64,000 nucleotides of DNA from Thermoplasmata archaeon (GTDB lineage Archaea; Thermoplasmatota; Thermoplasmata; Lutacidiplasmatales; UBA184): contig JBJKRJ010000048.1 of the NCBI GenBank assembly GCA_046704665.1, positions 28,829 through 92,828 of the forward strand, read 5' to 3'. The position numbers and the translations under genes are program-made. The notes beneath the pieces were generated by a model. That model worked only from the letters and a program-made list of their open reading frames with translations, did no database searches and was not told the origin of the DNA. Of this stretch, positions 27,109 through 37,354 are shown in pieces. How positions within the stretch are numbered: the stretch's first letter is position 1; the number at the start of each line of letters is the position of its first letter.

Positions 27109-28746
27109 ATGTCCAATACGCACGTGGCGTCCGCTCCGCTGGACGAGGTTGAGCGTCAGGTCGTCGATCACCTGTTCGTCCTGCAGCCGAGCTATGCGGT
27201 CGGGCTCGGGTTGCACGAGTACGATGGCCAGATGCCGGATCTGTCGGCCGAGGCGACGGAACGGTGGAGCGCCGATGCCGACCGTCTCCTTTCGCGTCTC
27301 CGGTCGATCGGGACGGAGACGCTCCCTCCCGATCGTCGGATCGACCGGTTCCTGCTCGAGCTGCTCCTGGAGAGTCCCCTGTTCGACCTCCGGGAGTCGC
27401 GCGAGCTCGACCGTAACCCGATGTCGTACGTCGGATCGGTATCGCTGACCTCGTACCTGGCCCGGGACTATGCACCCGTCGAACAACGGGTGGCGTCGAT
27501 CGTGAAGCTGCTCCGGGGCGTCCCCCGTCTTCTCGCGCAGGGTCGGGCTCGCCTTTACGGGCCGCTCCCCAAGCCGTTCGTGGATCTCGCGCTCGCGATC
27601 GGGGGCGGCCTCTCGGCCCACTTCGGCGAGGCGGAGGAGTTCGCGGGGCGGGCCAATCTCACCAAGGAGGTCGCCGCCGCCCGCGCGGTGGCCGAAGAGG
27701 CCCTGACGCCGTTCCTCACCTGGCTCCGGGAGGAGGCGCTCCCCCGCGCAGTGCCCGAGTTCGCGCTCGGTCCCGAGCGCTTCCAACGTCTCCTCTACGT
27801 CCGCGAGGGCATCGAGGCGCCGTTCGAGGAGATCCGGCGCGCCGGGTCTGCCGATCTCGCCCGCAACCAGGCACGCCTCGACGAGATCGCCCGCGTCGAG
27901 AAGACCAGCGTCGAGGATCTGCTGGTCCGCACGACGTCCCACCACCCCGCGGCGAGCGACGTGCTCCCCACGGCACGGAACTTCGTGGAGGAGACCCGTC
28001 GGTTCGTCGAGAGCCACGCGCTCGCGACGGTCCCCCCGACCGCCTCCTGCCGCGTGGAGGAGACCCCGGTGTGGGGGCGCGCGCTCTCGACCGCGAGCAT
28101 GAATCCCCCGGGGCCGTTCGACGCGACCTCTTCGGAGGGGATCTACTTCGTGACCCTCGTCGATCCGAAGTGGACGCCGGCGCAGGCCGAGGAGTGGCTG
28201 CGTTCGTTCAACTACCCGATGCTGCGGAACATCACGGTCCACGAGGTCTATCCGGGGCACTATCTCCAGTTCCTGCACTTCCGCGAGAGCGCCGGCTCGC
28301 TCGCTCGCAAGGTCTACCTCTCACCGTCGTTCGTAGAGGGGTGGGCGCACTACACCGAGCAGCTCGCGATCGAGCAAGGACTCGGGAGCGAGAGTCCGGT
28401 GGCCGAGGTCGCCCAGATCCATGACGCGCTGCTCCGGGACTGCCGCCTCTTGGCGTCGATCGGCCTCCACACGCAGGGCATGACGCTCGAGGCCGCGACC
28501 GAGCTCTTCCAGCGCGAGGCCCACTTCGACCGGCTCCCGGCCGAACGGGAGGCGATCCGCGGAACGTTCAACCCGGAGTACTTCTGCTACACCCTCGGGA
28601 AGCTCGCGATCCTCAGCGCGCGCGACAAGCTCCTGCAGAGCCGGTTCGGCGGCCGCCTGGGTGCCTTCCACGACGCGCTCCTCGCCTCCGGATGTCCCCC
28701 GATCGGCCTCCTCGACCGTCTGCTCGCGCCCGAGACCCCGGTCTAG
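27109..28746 (+). CDS. DUF885 family protein (putative metallopeptidase)
   Basis: HEVYPGHYLQ, FVEGWAHYTE, YTLGKL, FHDALL. Confidence 0.85.
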   Translation: MSNTHVASAPLDEVERQVVDHLFVLQPSYAVGLGLHEYDGQMPDLSAEATERWSADADRLLSRLRSIGTETLPPDRRIDRFLLELLLESPLFDLRESRELDRNPMSYVGSVSLTSYLARDYAPVEQRVASIVKLLRGVPRLLAQGRARLYGPLPKPFVDLALAIGGGLSAHFGEAEEFAGRANLTKEVAAARAVAEEALTPFLTWLREEALPRAVPEFALGPERFQRLLYVREGIEAPFEEIRRAGSADLARNQARLDEIARVEKTSVEDLLVRTTSHHPAASDVLPTARNFVEETRRFVESHALATVPPTASCRVEETPVWGRALSTASMNPPGPFDATSSEGIYFVTLVDPKWTPAQAEEWLRSFNYPMLRNITVHEVYPGHYLQFLHFRESAGSLARKVYLSPSFVEGWAHYTEQLAIEQGLGSESPVAEVAQIHDALLRDCRLLASIGLHTQGMTLEAATELFQREAHFDRLPAEREAIRGTFNPEYFCYTLGKLAILSARDKLLQSRFGGRLGAFHDALLASGCPPIGLLDRLLAPETPV

Positions 28747-28816
28747 CGGACTCGGAGGCGCCGCTCTTTCGGGCGCCGGGGCGCAGCCTTTTCGTCCCCT
28801 CCCTCTGGCCGGGACG

Positions 28817-29737
28817 ATGGACGCGCTGCGGGCGGTCGGCCTCTCCAAGACGTATCGCCGGCGCACGCGCTCGGTGCGCGCGCTCGATCACGTCGATCTC
28901 GCGATCCCGAAGGGGCGGCTCTTCGCGTTCCTCGGTCGCAACGGGGCGGGCAAGACGACGTTCATCAAGATCTCGTCGACGCTCCTCGTTCCCACCGAGG
29001 GAGACGTCGAACTGTTCGGCCATGATGTCGTCGCGGACCCGGCGTCGGTCCGACCGCTGATGGCGCTCGTCCCTCAGGAGGGGAAGCTCTTCTACCATCT
29101 GACGCCCCGCGAGCACATCCACGAGTACCTCCGGGTGCGGGGTGCGTCGGCCGAGACGGCCCGCAGCCGCACGGACGAGATCCTCGAGGCGATGGGGCTC
29201 GTTCCCCACCAGGACGTGGTCGCGCTCCGGCTCTCGGGCGGGCTCCAGCAGCGGACGCTCGTCGCGATGGTCCTCGCCACGGAGGCCCCGTTCCTCTTCC
29301 TCGACGAACCGACGCTCGGGATGGACCCGTTCGCCCGGCGCCAGGTCTGGGAGGTGATCCGGCGGGCGGCCCGCAAGGGCTCGACGGTACTCCTCACGAC
29401 CCACTATCTGGACGAGGCCGAACAGCTCAGCGAGGAGCTCGCGGTGATCGAGGGCGGGCGGATCCTCTACCACGGTACCGCGGAGTCGATGAAGTCGACC
29501 CTCGGACGGGAGGTCCGCCTGCAGTTCCGAGGGGGGTTCCGACCCGACGAGCTCGCACCGTACGGGAAGGTCTACCGCGACCGGGACCGCGTGATCCTTC
29601 TCACGACCCGCGGCGCCGCCCACGAACTGACCGACCGGGCTCTCGGGCGCGGTGTCGCCGTGACCGCCGGTCCGGTGACCCTCGAGGAAGCGTTCCTCGA
29701 GCTCGTCGGCCGCGGGATCGAGGAGGAGCCGGAGTGA
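28817..29737 (+). CDS. ABC transporter ATP-binding protein
   Basis: GRNGAGKTT, LSGG, LDEPT, TTHY. Confidence 0.92.
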   Translation: MDALRAVGLSKTYRRRTRSVRALDHVDLAIPKGRLFAFLGRNGAGKTTFIKISSTLLVPTEGDVELFGHDVVADPASVRPLMALVPQEGKLFYHLTPREHIHEYLRVRGASAETARSRTDEILEAMGLVPHQDVVALRLSGGLQQRTLVAMVLATEAPFLFLDEPTLGMDPFARRQVWEVIRRAARKGSTVLLTTHYLDEAEQLSEELAVIEGGRILYHGTAESMKSTLGREVRLQFRGGFRPDELAPYGKVYRDRDRVILLTTRGAAHELTDRALGRGVAVTAGPVTLEEAFLELVGRGIEEEPE

Positions 29738-30498
29738 CCGCGCGGGCGCAGGCGTACGCCGCGTTCCGGATCTGCTACTTCAACGGCATCATTCCGTTGT
29801 GGCGCTCGCCGCTCCTCATCGCGGCGGTCTTCCTCACGCCGTTCAGCTTTCTCTTCTTCCTCAAGATCATCGCCTCCCCGAGCCTCTTCCCCTACGGGGT
29901 CGTCGGGGGGGTGCTCTTCACCGCCCTCTTCACGGGGAGCGGGATGATGAACGACTGCGCGTACCTCCGGCTCGAGCGCCAGCTTCAGCAGGTCTTCGTC
30001 ACGAGCCCGGTGAGCCAGCTCGCCTACATCTTCGGGATGGCGCTGAGCGAGCTCGCCTTCGCCGCGCCGGCGCTGGTCCTCTTCCTCGGCATCCTCACGC
30101 TCGTCACCCCGGTGGGACCGGCGAGCATGGCGGCGCTCCTCGGGGTGGTGCTCCTCACCTGGCTCATGGCCACCACGCTCGGCTTCTTCGTGTCGACCCT
30201 CTTCACCCAGTTCCGCGAGATCTGGCCGATCGCCACGCTGATCTTCTCGCTCCTTTCGGTCCTGCCCCCGATCTTCTACCCGGCCCGCGCGATCCCCGCC
30301 GAATGGCAGTGGGTGGCGTTCCTCGCCCCGTCCACCTACGGCGCCCAGCTCGCGGACCGGGTGCTGGGGCTCGGGGGGGCGATCACGACCGGTGTCGGGT
30401 TCCTCGACACGCCGTACTTCGACCTCCTGATGCTCGGAGTGGTCGCGCTTCTCTTCGGGCTCGCCGCGCTCTTCCTCGCTCGATGGCGGGAGAACTGA
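29734..30498 (+). CDS. ABC-2 type permease
   Basis: About 6 TM helices, PIFYP; GTGA overlap with the ATPase gene. Confidence 0.85.
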   Translation: MTARAQAYAAFRICYFNGIIPLWRSPLLIAAVFLTPFSFLFFLKIIASPSLFPYGVVGGVLFTALFTGSGMMNDCAYLRLERQLQQVFVTSPVSQLAYIFGMALSELAFAAPALVLFLGILTLVTPVGPASMAALLGVVLLTWLMATTLGFFVSTLFTQFREIWPIATLIFSLLSVLPPIFYPARAIPAEWQWVAFLAPSTYGAQLADRVLGLGGAITTGVGFLDTPYFDLLMLGVVALLFGLAALFLARWREN

Positions 30499-30564
30499 CG
30501 CGCCCCGTCCGCGGGCGAGTCCCACCGAGCTGTTATCCGCGCGGACGGCTGATTCGGAGGAACC

Positions 30565-31275
30565 ATGGGGATTGCACGGCCGCGCATGGATCAGCTGCTC
30601 CACGAGGGAGACGAGCACACCTGCTCGGAGCCGTACGAGACGTGCGTCCGCATCCGGGCGATGGCCGACCTTCCCACCCGGTTCGGCGACTACCAGGTCG
30701 TCGCGTTCACGAACTGCTCCGACCAGAAGGAGCACGCCGCGTTCGTCCACGGGGACGTCTTCGACGGAACGGAGGTCCCGGTCCGTGTCCACTCCGAGTG
30801 CCTCACCGGCGACGCGATCGGCTCACTCCGGTGCGACTGCCGTGATCAGCTGATCGAATCCCTCGAGCGGATCGGACAGATGGACCGCGGTGTCGTCCTC
30901 TACCTCCGCCAGGAGGGTCGGGGGATCGGGTTCGTGAACAAGATCCGTGCCTACCAGCTCCAGGATGCCGGGTACGACACCGTGGAGGCGAACGAGACCC
31001 TCGGGTTCCGGCCGGACGAGCGGGACTACGCGGTCGCCGCCCACATGCTGAGGTCGCTCCACGTGCGGTCGGTCCGCCTCATGACCAACAACCCCGACAA
31101 GGTCGCCGACCTCGAGCGCCACGGGATCCCGATCGTCGGCCGCCTCCCGGTCACCATCCCGCCGAACGAGGTGAACCGCCCGTATCTCGAGACCAAGCAG
31201 CGCAAGCTCGGCCACCTCCTCGATCTGGAACAGTGGGACGACCTGGTGAAGTTCGCGGAGAGCACGGAGCACTAA
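30565..31275 (+). CDS. ribA: GTP cyclohydrolase II
   Basis: VRVHSECLTGD, RCDC, QEGRGIG, LMTNNPDK. Confidence 0.93.
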   Translation: MGIARPRMDQLLHEGDEHTCSEPYETCVRIRAMADLPTRFGDYQVVAFTNCSDQKEHAAFVHGDVFDGTEVPVRVHSECLTGDAIGSLRCDCRDQLIESLERIGQMDRGVVLYLRQEGRGIGFVNKIRAYQLQDAGYDTVEANETLGFRPDERDYAVAAHMLRSLHVRSVRLMTNNPDKVADLERHGIPIVGRLPVTIPPNEVNRPYLETKQRKLGHLLDLEQWDDLVKFAESTEH

Positions 31276-31373
31276 CGTCGGCCCCCCATCCGCCGGCCGA
31301 CGTTCGACCGGTTGTCGCGTACCGCGCGACGGAACCGTCTATTACCGTCGCCCCGTCCGGTCCTCGTCCGGAC

Positions 31374-32105
31374 ATGAACGAGGATCTGACCCACATCGCC
31401 GAGGATCTGACGCGAGAACTCCGACTCGACCGACCGCCCGTTCAGATCTCGTACCTCGAGAGCGCCCCCACCGGGGTCCCCGAGCACCCCGGCGGCGTCC
31501 CCTCGGTCTGCACGTTCTTCGCGTTCGGTACCCGAAGCGCCTTCTACGCCGGCCTCCCGAAGCACGAGGACTGCGAGATCGGGGCCTTCGTCCTCGGCAT
31601 CCCGCCCGAGGGCCCGGTCGGGGAACGCCTCATGGCGACGATCGGCGACATGCAGAAGGAAGGGTACCTGAACCCGGGCGAGGAAGCGAAGGTCCCCCAC
31701 AACCCGGTCCCGCCGAAGTTCGTGGCCTACGGACCGCTCGGCGCCTTCTCCTTCGCCCCGACCGGCGTCCTTCTCTTCGCCGACGCGCACGGCGCGATGC
31801 TCGCCTGCGAAGCCGCGGGCCTGGGGGAGGGGTCGGACGCGTGGTCGGTTCCCGTGAACGGCCGACCCATGTGCGCGATCTTGCCGATCCTGAACCAGGG
31901 AGCCCCGGTAGCGATGAGCCTTGGGTGCACCGGCTCGCGGATCTACACCGACATGGGGATCGACAAGATGATCGTCGGCATCCGGGGCGACCGGCTCAGC
32001 TCGTTCGCCGAGAAGCTCGGGCGGATCGTCCGAGCGAACGAGTTCGTGCAGCGAGAAGACTCCGCCCGCAAGTCGAAGGCGGAGCGCCCGTTCCGCGCCC
32101 CGTAG
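31374..32105 (+). CDS. DUF169 family protein
   Basis: SVCTFF, DCEIGAFVLG, PMCA, SLGCTGSR. Confidence 0.75.
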   Translation: MNEDLTHIAEDLTRELRLDRPPVQISYLESAPTGVPEHPGGVPSVCTFFAFGTRSAFYAGLPKHEDCEIGAFVLGIPPEGPVGERLMATIGDMQKEGYLNPGEEAKVPHNPVPPKFVAYGPLGAFSFAPTGVLLFADAHGAMLACEAAGLGEGSDAWSVPVNGRPMCAILPILNQGAPVAMSLGCTGSRIYTDMGIDKMIVGIRGDRLSSFAEKLGRIVRANEFVQREDSARKSKAERPFRAP

Positions 32106-32159
32106 GTCGGCCGGGGCCCGGAACCGTCTCCGTCGGCCTGCGGCGCGGTCCCTTCCATC

Positions 32160-32205
32160 ATGTCGACCGCTGTCTACATATAGTCATGTCGATTCGGGTC
32201 AACAT
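32160..32205. promoter_or_regulatory. Tandem ArsR-type operators flanking the ars promoter
   Basis: ATGTCGAC-N4-GTCTACAT (32160-79) and ATGTCGAT-N4-GTCAACAT (32186-205). Confidence 0.65.
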
Positions 32206-32578
32206 GTCGGCCGTCGCGACGACCCGTCCCGAACGCGGTCTTGAAGAACGACTCGAACGGTTGTGTGGGGACGACGGCACGTGTGCCGTTCCGGACTATA
32301 CCCGGCTCGCGAAGGGCGTGCGGACCTCGCGCGTGTTCCCCGAGGCGCTCGCCCGCGTGAAGGCGCTCGCCGACGAGCACCGGCTCCTCGTGGTCGCCCT
32401 CCTGAAACGTCGCCCGGAGCTGTGTGCCTGCGAGATCCAGGCGGCGACCGGGCTCACCCATGCGACCGTGAGCCACCACATGAACGTCCTCCGGGACGCG
32501 GGACTCGTCCGCGCCCGCAAGGAGGGCAAGTGGATGTACTATCGGCGCGCCCGGTCGACGGAGGTACGGATCCCGTGA
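32204..32578 (+). CDS. arsR: ArsR family repressor
   Basis: KALADEHRL, ELCACEI, TVSHHMNVLRDAGLV, EGKWMYY. Confidence 0.9.
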   Translation: MSAVATTRPERGLEERLERLCGDDGTCAVPDYTRLAKGVRTSRVFPEALARVKALADEHRLLVVALLKRRPELCACEIQAATGLTHATVSHHMNVLRDAGLVRARKEGKWMYYRRARSTEVRIP

Positions 32579-33393
32579 CCGGCGAGCGCGATCCGACGGA
32601 CGAGGAGTCGGTCCGAGCCGAAGTGCGGGACCGGTACGGAAAGCTCGCCCAGGGAGGAGGCTGCTGCGGGGGGACGTCCTCGAGCGGTTGCTGCGGGGAG
32701 AGTGCTTCGTGCGACGGTGGGGGGACCTTGGGGTCCCTTTCCCCGCTGGGATACAGCGAAGAGGACCTCGCCGGCCTTCCCGAAGGAGCGAATCTGGGTC
32801 TCGGCTGCGGGAACCCCACGGCGCTCACCTCCCTTCGGGCCGGTGAGCTCGTTCTCGACCTCGGGAGCGGGGCCGGCATCGATTGCTTCCTGGCCGCGAA
32901 GAGAGTGGGGGAGAGCGGCCACGTCATCGGGGTCGACATGACGCCCGAGATGATCACGAAGGCCCGCGCCAACGCGCGGACAAGCGGTGTGACGAACGTC
33001 GAGTTCCGTCTCGGAGAGATCGAGCACCTTCCCGTCGCCGACCGCTCGGTCGACGTCGTGGTCTCGAACTGCGTCATCAATCTCGTCCCGGACAAGGGGC
33101 AGGTCTACCGGGAGGCGTTCCGCGTTCTCCGCCCGGGCGGACGCCTCGCGATCTCCGACGTCGTCGCGACCCGGCCGATCACTCCCGAGGAGCGGGCGGA
33201 CCTCGCGCTCTGGTCCTCGTGCTCGTCGGGGGCGCTCGAGGTGCGCGAGGTCGAGTCCACGCTCCGGGCCGCGGGCTTCGAGGAGATCGAGGTCGCGCTT
33301 CGCGTCCCGGTCGAGAGTCCTTCTTCGCTCGAAGGACAACGTTCGATCGGGGTCGTCCCGGCCGATATCCGTGCGGTGAAGCGGCCGGCGTGA
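32575..33393 (+). CDS. arsM: Arsenite S-adenosylmethionine methyltransferase
   Basis: LGLGCGNP, LDLGSGAGID, SNCVINL, WSSC; Cys-rich N-terminus. Confidence 0.9.
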   Translation: MTGERDPTDEESVRAEVRDRYGKLAQGGGCCGGTSSSGCCGESASCDGGGTLGSLSPLGYSEEDLAGLPEGANLGLGCGNPTALTSLRAGELVLDLGSGAGIDCFLAAKRVGESGHVIGVDMTPEMITKARANARTSGVTNVEFRLGEIEHLPVADRSVDVVVSNCVINLVPDKGQVYREAFRVLRPGGRLAISDVVATRPITPEERADLALWSSCSSGALEVREVESTLRAAGFEEIEVALRVPVESPSSLEGQRSIGVVPADIRAVKRPA

Positions 33394-33399
33394 CGGTGC

Positions 33400-33819
33400 A
33401 TGGCGAGCCGGACCGTCCTCTTCATCTGTGTCGAGAACGCCGCCCGGTCCCTGATGGCCGAGGCGATGTTCAACGCGCGTCCTCCCGACGGATGGCGCGC
33501 CCGTTCCGCGGGGACGGTTCCCGCGGGCCGACCGAACCCCCGGACGGCCCCCATGCTCCGCGAGATCGATCTCGAGCTCCCCGCGCATCCGCCCCAGCTC
33601 CTGACGGACGAGATGATGACCGAGGCGGCGATCCGGGTCACGATGGGCTGTCTCGACCGCGCGAGCTGCCCGGCCCGGCTCCGCACCCTCGACCTCCTCG
33701 ACTGGGCGCTCCCCGATCCCGGGATGCTGGACGATGACGGGTTCCGGCGCGTCCGGGACGAGCTCCGGGCGCGTGTCGAGCGGCTCTGCCGGGAGCTCGC
33801 CGGCCCCGTCCCCGAGTAG
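33400..33819 (+). CDS. arsC: Thioredoxin-type arsenate reductase (LMW-PTP fold)
   Basis: CVENAARS, TMGC...SCP, DWALPDP. Confidence 0.88.
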   Translation: MASRTVLFICVENAARSLMAEAMFNARPPDGWRARSAGTVPAGRPNPRTAPMLREIDLELPAHPPQLLTDEMMTEAAIRVTMGCLDRASCPARLRTLDLLDWALPDPGMLDDDGFRRVRDELRARVERLCRELAGPVPE

Positions 33820-33870
33820 TGGGATGTCCGTCGGTCGAAGCGGGGGGCCCGTCCGATCGAGGGGAGTCGA

Positions 33871-34974
33871 ATGAGCCATCCGCCGCGGACCCGGATGCGG
33901 CTCCTGGACCGGTACCTCACGCTCTGGATCTTCCTCGCGATGGCGGCGGGGATCGCCGGTGGCCGGGCGTTCCCCGAGATCGAACCGGCGCTCGAGCGCC
34001 TCAGCATCGGCACGACGTCGATCCCGATCGCCGTCGGCCTCATCCTCATGATGTACCCGCCGCTCGCACGCGTGCGCTACGAGGAGCTCGGGCAGGTCTT
34101 CCGTGACCGCAAGGTCCTCTCGGTCTCGCTGGTCGAGAACTGGGTGATCGGCCCGGTGCTGATGTTCGCCCTCGCGATCGTGTTCCTGCGGGGGTACCCG
34201 GACTACATGGCCGGGCTCATCCTGATCGGGCTCGCGCGCTGCATCGCGATGGTGATCGTCTGGAACCAGCTGGCCCAGGGGAACACCCAGTACGCGGCCG
34301 CCCTCGTGGCGTTCAACTCCGTCTTCCAGGTCTTCTTCTACTCGCTCTACGCGTGGATCTTCGTGACGGTGCTTCCGGCCTGGCTCGGCCTCCCGGGCGC
34401 CGCCGTCCCGGTCTCGCTCGTCGAGGTCGCCGAGAGCGTCTTCATCTACCTCGGCCTCCCGTTCCTCGCCGGCCTCCTCACCCGGTTCGTCCTGGTCCGC
34501 CGCCGGGGTCGGAGCTGGTACGAGACGCGGTTCGTCCGGCGGACGAGCCCGATCACCCTGATCGCGCTCCTCTTCACGGTCGTGGTGATGTTCTCGCTGA
34601 AGGGGTCCGTGATCGTCGACCTGCCGATCCCGGCGCTCCTGATCGCGGTCCCGCTCCTGATCTACTTCGTCGTGATGTTCCTCGTCTCCTTCGGCCTCGG
34701 CCGGAGGCTCGGGGCGGACTACCCGACGACGACCACGCTCTCGTTCACGGCGGCGAGCAACAACTTCGAGCTCGCGATCGCGGTCGCCGTCGCGGTCTTC
34801 GGGATCAACTCCGGTGAGGCGTTCGCCGCGGTCATCGGGCCCCTGGTGGAGGTCCCCGTCATGCTCGGGCTCGTCAGCGTGGCGTTCTATCTGCGCCACC
34901 GGTACTTCCGGGCCCAAGCCCGTCCGGTATCCTCTCCCGAGGCGGTCCCCGAGGCCGCTTCCGACCCCCGGTGA
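33871..34974 (+). CDS. acr3: Acr3 arsenite efflux transporter
   Basis: [30 protein letters not shown]. Confidence 0.95.
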   Translation: MSHPPRTRMRLLDRYLTLWIFLAMAAGIAGGRAFPEIEPALERLSIGTTSIPIAVGLILMMYPPLARVRYEELGQVFRDRKVLSVSLVENWVIGPVLMFALAIVFLRGYPDYMAGLILIGLARCIAMVIVWNQLAQGNTQYAAALVAFNSVFQVFFYSLYAWIFVTVLPAWLGLPGAAVPVSLVEVAESVFIYLGLPFLAGLLTRFVLVRRRGRSWYETRFVRRTSPITLIALLFTVVVMFSLKGSVIVDLPIPALLIAVPLLIYFVVMFLVSFGLGRRLGADYPTTTTLSFTAASNNFELAIAVAVAVFGINSGEAFAAVIGPLVEVPVMLGLVSVAFYLRHRYFRAQARPVSSPEAVPEAASDPR

Positions 34975-35035
34975 GCGGCCGGCGAGATCGTGGGCCCCGA
35001 GAGGTTACAAACCTCGGGAACCCTCCTCGGCCGCC

Positions 35036-35461
35036 GTGAGCGTGGAACCAGAGTACCAGCCGGGCATGAGGCTGCGGGTCACCGAGGGGTTCCGTCCCGG
35101 TTTCTTCGACGGGCTGAGCCCTCGGCTCATCCTGCGACCCGGCGATCACGTCACGGTCGACCTGGACGAGACGAGCGCGGCATGGCCCGCGTTCGTGCGG
35201 GTGACCAACGATGCGGGAGTGAACGGCTGGGTACCCCGACGGTTCCTGAGCGGCTCGGGCCCGGAACGAACGGCCCTCCGGCCCTACGACACCTCGACCC
35301 TCGACCCCGCACGGGGTGAGGTGCTCGAGGTCGTCGAGACGGACGTGGAGAGCGGTTGGTTGTGGTGTCGGGACCCTCAGGGACGCACCGGTTGGTTCCC
35401 GATCCGCCAGCTCGCGCCGGCGCGGGCCGGATCCGTGGAAGGACCGCGCGACACGCCGTGA
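35036..35461 (+). CDS. Tandem SH3-domain protein
   Basis: Two repeats ending GWVPRRFL and GWFPIRQL; ALRPYD...RGEVLEV...SGWLW. Confidence 0.7.
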   Translation: MSVEPEYQPGMRLRVTEGFRPGFFDGLSPRLILRPGDHVTVDLDETSAAWPAFVRVTNDAGVNGWVPRRFLSGSGPERTALRPYDTSTLDPARGEVLEVVETDVESGWLWCRDPQGRTGWFPIRQLAPARAGSVEGPRDTP

Positions 35462-35518
35462 TCCTCGGATCGCGGGAGCCGGGAAGGAGCTACGGTACGG
35501 CCCTCGGTCGATGCCCGC

Positions 35519-36106
35519 TCACCGCGGCGATGCGCCGAGGTCGCGCCGGAAGTGAACCAGCCGGTCCACCTCGGTGTACCGCAGGGCCCGGTGCGCGCCT
35601 TGGGAAACGAGATTGCGCAGCTCCGTATCGGAGGCCATCTCGGTGCATCCTTGATCGCGGGCCCAATCCTCGGCGGCGCGCACCAGCGCCCGCCCGACAC
35701 CTTTCCGGCGGAATTCCGCCTTCACGTACCACCCCTCCAGGTAGCCGACGGGGGAGGTGCGACAGCCGTCGGCGAACGGACGCAGGTCGACCTCGGCGAA
35801 CCCGACGATCCGGCCCGGGCCGACCTCGGCCAGAAGGACGGTCATTCGCATGGAGGCCCGCCAGAGTCGGTGATGCCTCCGCGAGCGGAGCACCGCGTCC
35901 GCGTCGTTCGCGAGATACTCCGCGCTATGGTCCGGCCAGAGCTCCCGCCGGAGCGCGATCCACGCCTCTCGGTCGGCGAGGGTGATGGGTCGCACGCGCA
36001 GGCCTTTCGTGTGCCGGTTCCCCGTCGTGCGTCGTGCGCCGGGCGCGTCGCCCCTCCGGGCGCGCGATGGGGTCTCCCGGCGCCCGGGCCGGCGAGGAGC
36101 GGCCAT
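35519..36106 (-). CDS. GNAT acetyltransferase, AAC(6')-I-like
   Basis: LRRELWP, DGCRTSPVGYLEGWYV, GCTEMASDT; start uncertain. Confidence 0.8.
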   Translation of the reverse strand: MAAPRRPGRRETPSRARRGDAPGARRTTGNRHTKGLRVRPITLADREAWIALRRELWPDHSAEYLANDADAVLRSRRHHRLWRASMRMTVLLAEVGPGRIVGFAEVDLRPFADGCRTSPVGYLEGWYVKAEFRRKGVGRALVRAAEDWARDQGCTEMASDTELRNLVSQGAHRALRYTEVDRLVHFRRDLGASPR

Positions 36107-36243
36107 GTCCCTCCGGTATCCAGAGCACGCGGCCGGGGCTATGAAGGGTGGTACGGAGCGACCGAGCGGTCGCGTCGCGGCCGAACCCCGTTGCCTCCCC
36201 GCCGCACCGCGACCGTTAACTGGCACACCGGCTCCCGGGCGAC

Positions 36244-36639
36244 GTGGCGAAGCTCAAGGTGGAGTACGTCTACGCCGGCCTCAGGGTCCGCAACCTCCCC
36301 CGGTCGCTGACCTTCTACCGGAAGCTCGGCTTCCGTGTCCACGCTCGGGGCACGATGGGCCACGGTGGAAAGTGGGTGCACCTGGTCTTTCCGGGGGCCC
36401 GGCAGCGGGTCGAGCTCAATTACTATCCGCGGTCGACCCGGTTCTATGAGCCGTTCCGCAAGGGGACGGAGTTCGACCACCTCGGGTTCCGTGTCACGGA
36501 CGTCGAACGGTGGGAAGCGGAGCTCCGTCGGCGGAAGCTGAAGATCGTGGCCCGGATCCGAGAGCCGCACGAGAACATCGTGTACACGCAGGACCCGGAC
36601 GGGAACTGGCTCGAGTTCTTCGGGCCACCTCCCCATTGA
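36244..36639 (+). CDS. VOC/glyoxalase family protein
   Basis: GLRVRNL..SLTFY, ELNY, DHLGF, DPDGNWLE. Confidence 0.88.
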   Translation: MAKLKVEYVYAGLRVRNLPRSLTFYRKLGFRVHARGTMGHGGKWVHLVFPGARQRVELNYYPRSTRFYEPFRKGTEFDHLGFRVTDVERWEAELRRRKLKIVARIREPHENIVYTQDPDGNWLEFFGPPPH

Positions 36640-36757
36640 ACCGGCACCGTTCGGCGCTCCCGCGTTTCCCCGCCTCGGGTAGGGCGGGTCCCCCCAGGGC
36701 CGGGATCCGGTGGGTAGGTCCGCTCCCTTTTTTCGATGCCGAGAGCCTCCGGGCCGC

Positions 36758-37354
36758 GTGGCGTCGGCGATCACCGGCGGCGGTGCGATCTACCTCGTCT
36801 TTCTCATCGCCTACGCCACGTGGTTCGTCAGTGAGATCGTAGGGTCGACGATCCTTCCGCGGATCCGCGATCCGGGAGCCCGAGAGACCTCGCGCACGGA
36901 CCGTGGCTCGAGGCTCGCCATCTTCCTCGGGGTCTTCGGATCGATCGTGGCGGTCTACGCCTTCGCCGGGAGCGGGTTCGCCACCCTTCCCCTGGTCGTC
37001 GTGTACGTCGGTCTGGCCCTCATCTTCGCCGGAGTGGGCCTACGCCAGTGGGCGATCGCGGTCCTCGGGCGATATTTCAGCACCTCCGTCCGGGCCGTCG
37101 AGGGCCATCGCATCGTGACCCGAGGGCCGTACCGGATCCTTCGCCATCCGTCGTATTCCGGTGCGATCGTCACCGTGCTCGGGATCGGTCTCGCCGGCGG
37201 GTCCTGGGAAGGGACCCTCGTCGCGCTCGCCCTGGCCCTGGCCGCCTATGGGTACCGGATCCACGTGGAGGAGAGGTTCCTGATCGACCGGTTCGGCACG
37301 GAGTACCTCGAGTACCGCGCGCGGACCAAGCGGGTCATTCCGTACATCTGGTGA
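36758..37354 (+). CDS. Isoprenylcysteine carboxyl methyltransferase family membrane protein
   Basis: HRIVTRGPYRILRHPSYSG, RIHVEERFL. Confidence 0.85.
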   Translation: MASAITGGGAIYLVFLIAYATWFVSEIVGSTILPRIRDPGARETSRTDRGSRLAIFLGVFGSIVAVYAFAGSGFATLPLVVVYVGLALIFAGVGLRQWAIAVLGRYFSTSVRAVEGHRIVTRGPYRILRHPSYSGAIVTVLGIGLAGGSWEGTLVALALALAAYGYRIHVEERFLIDRFGTEYLEYRARTKRVIPYIW

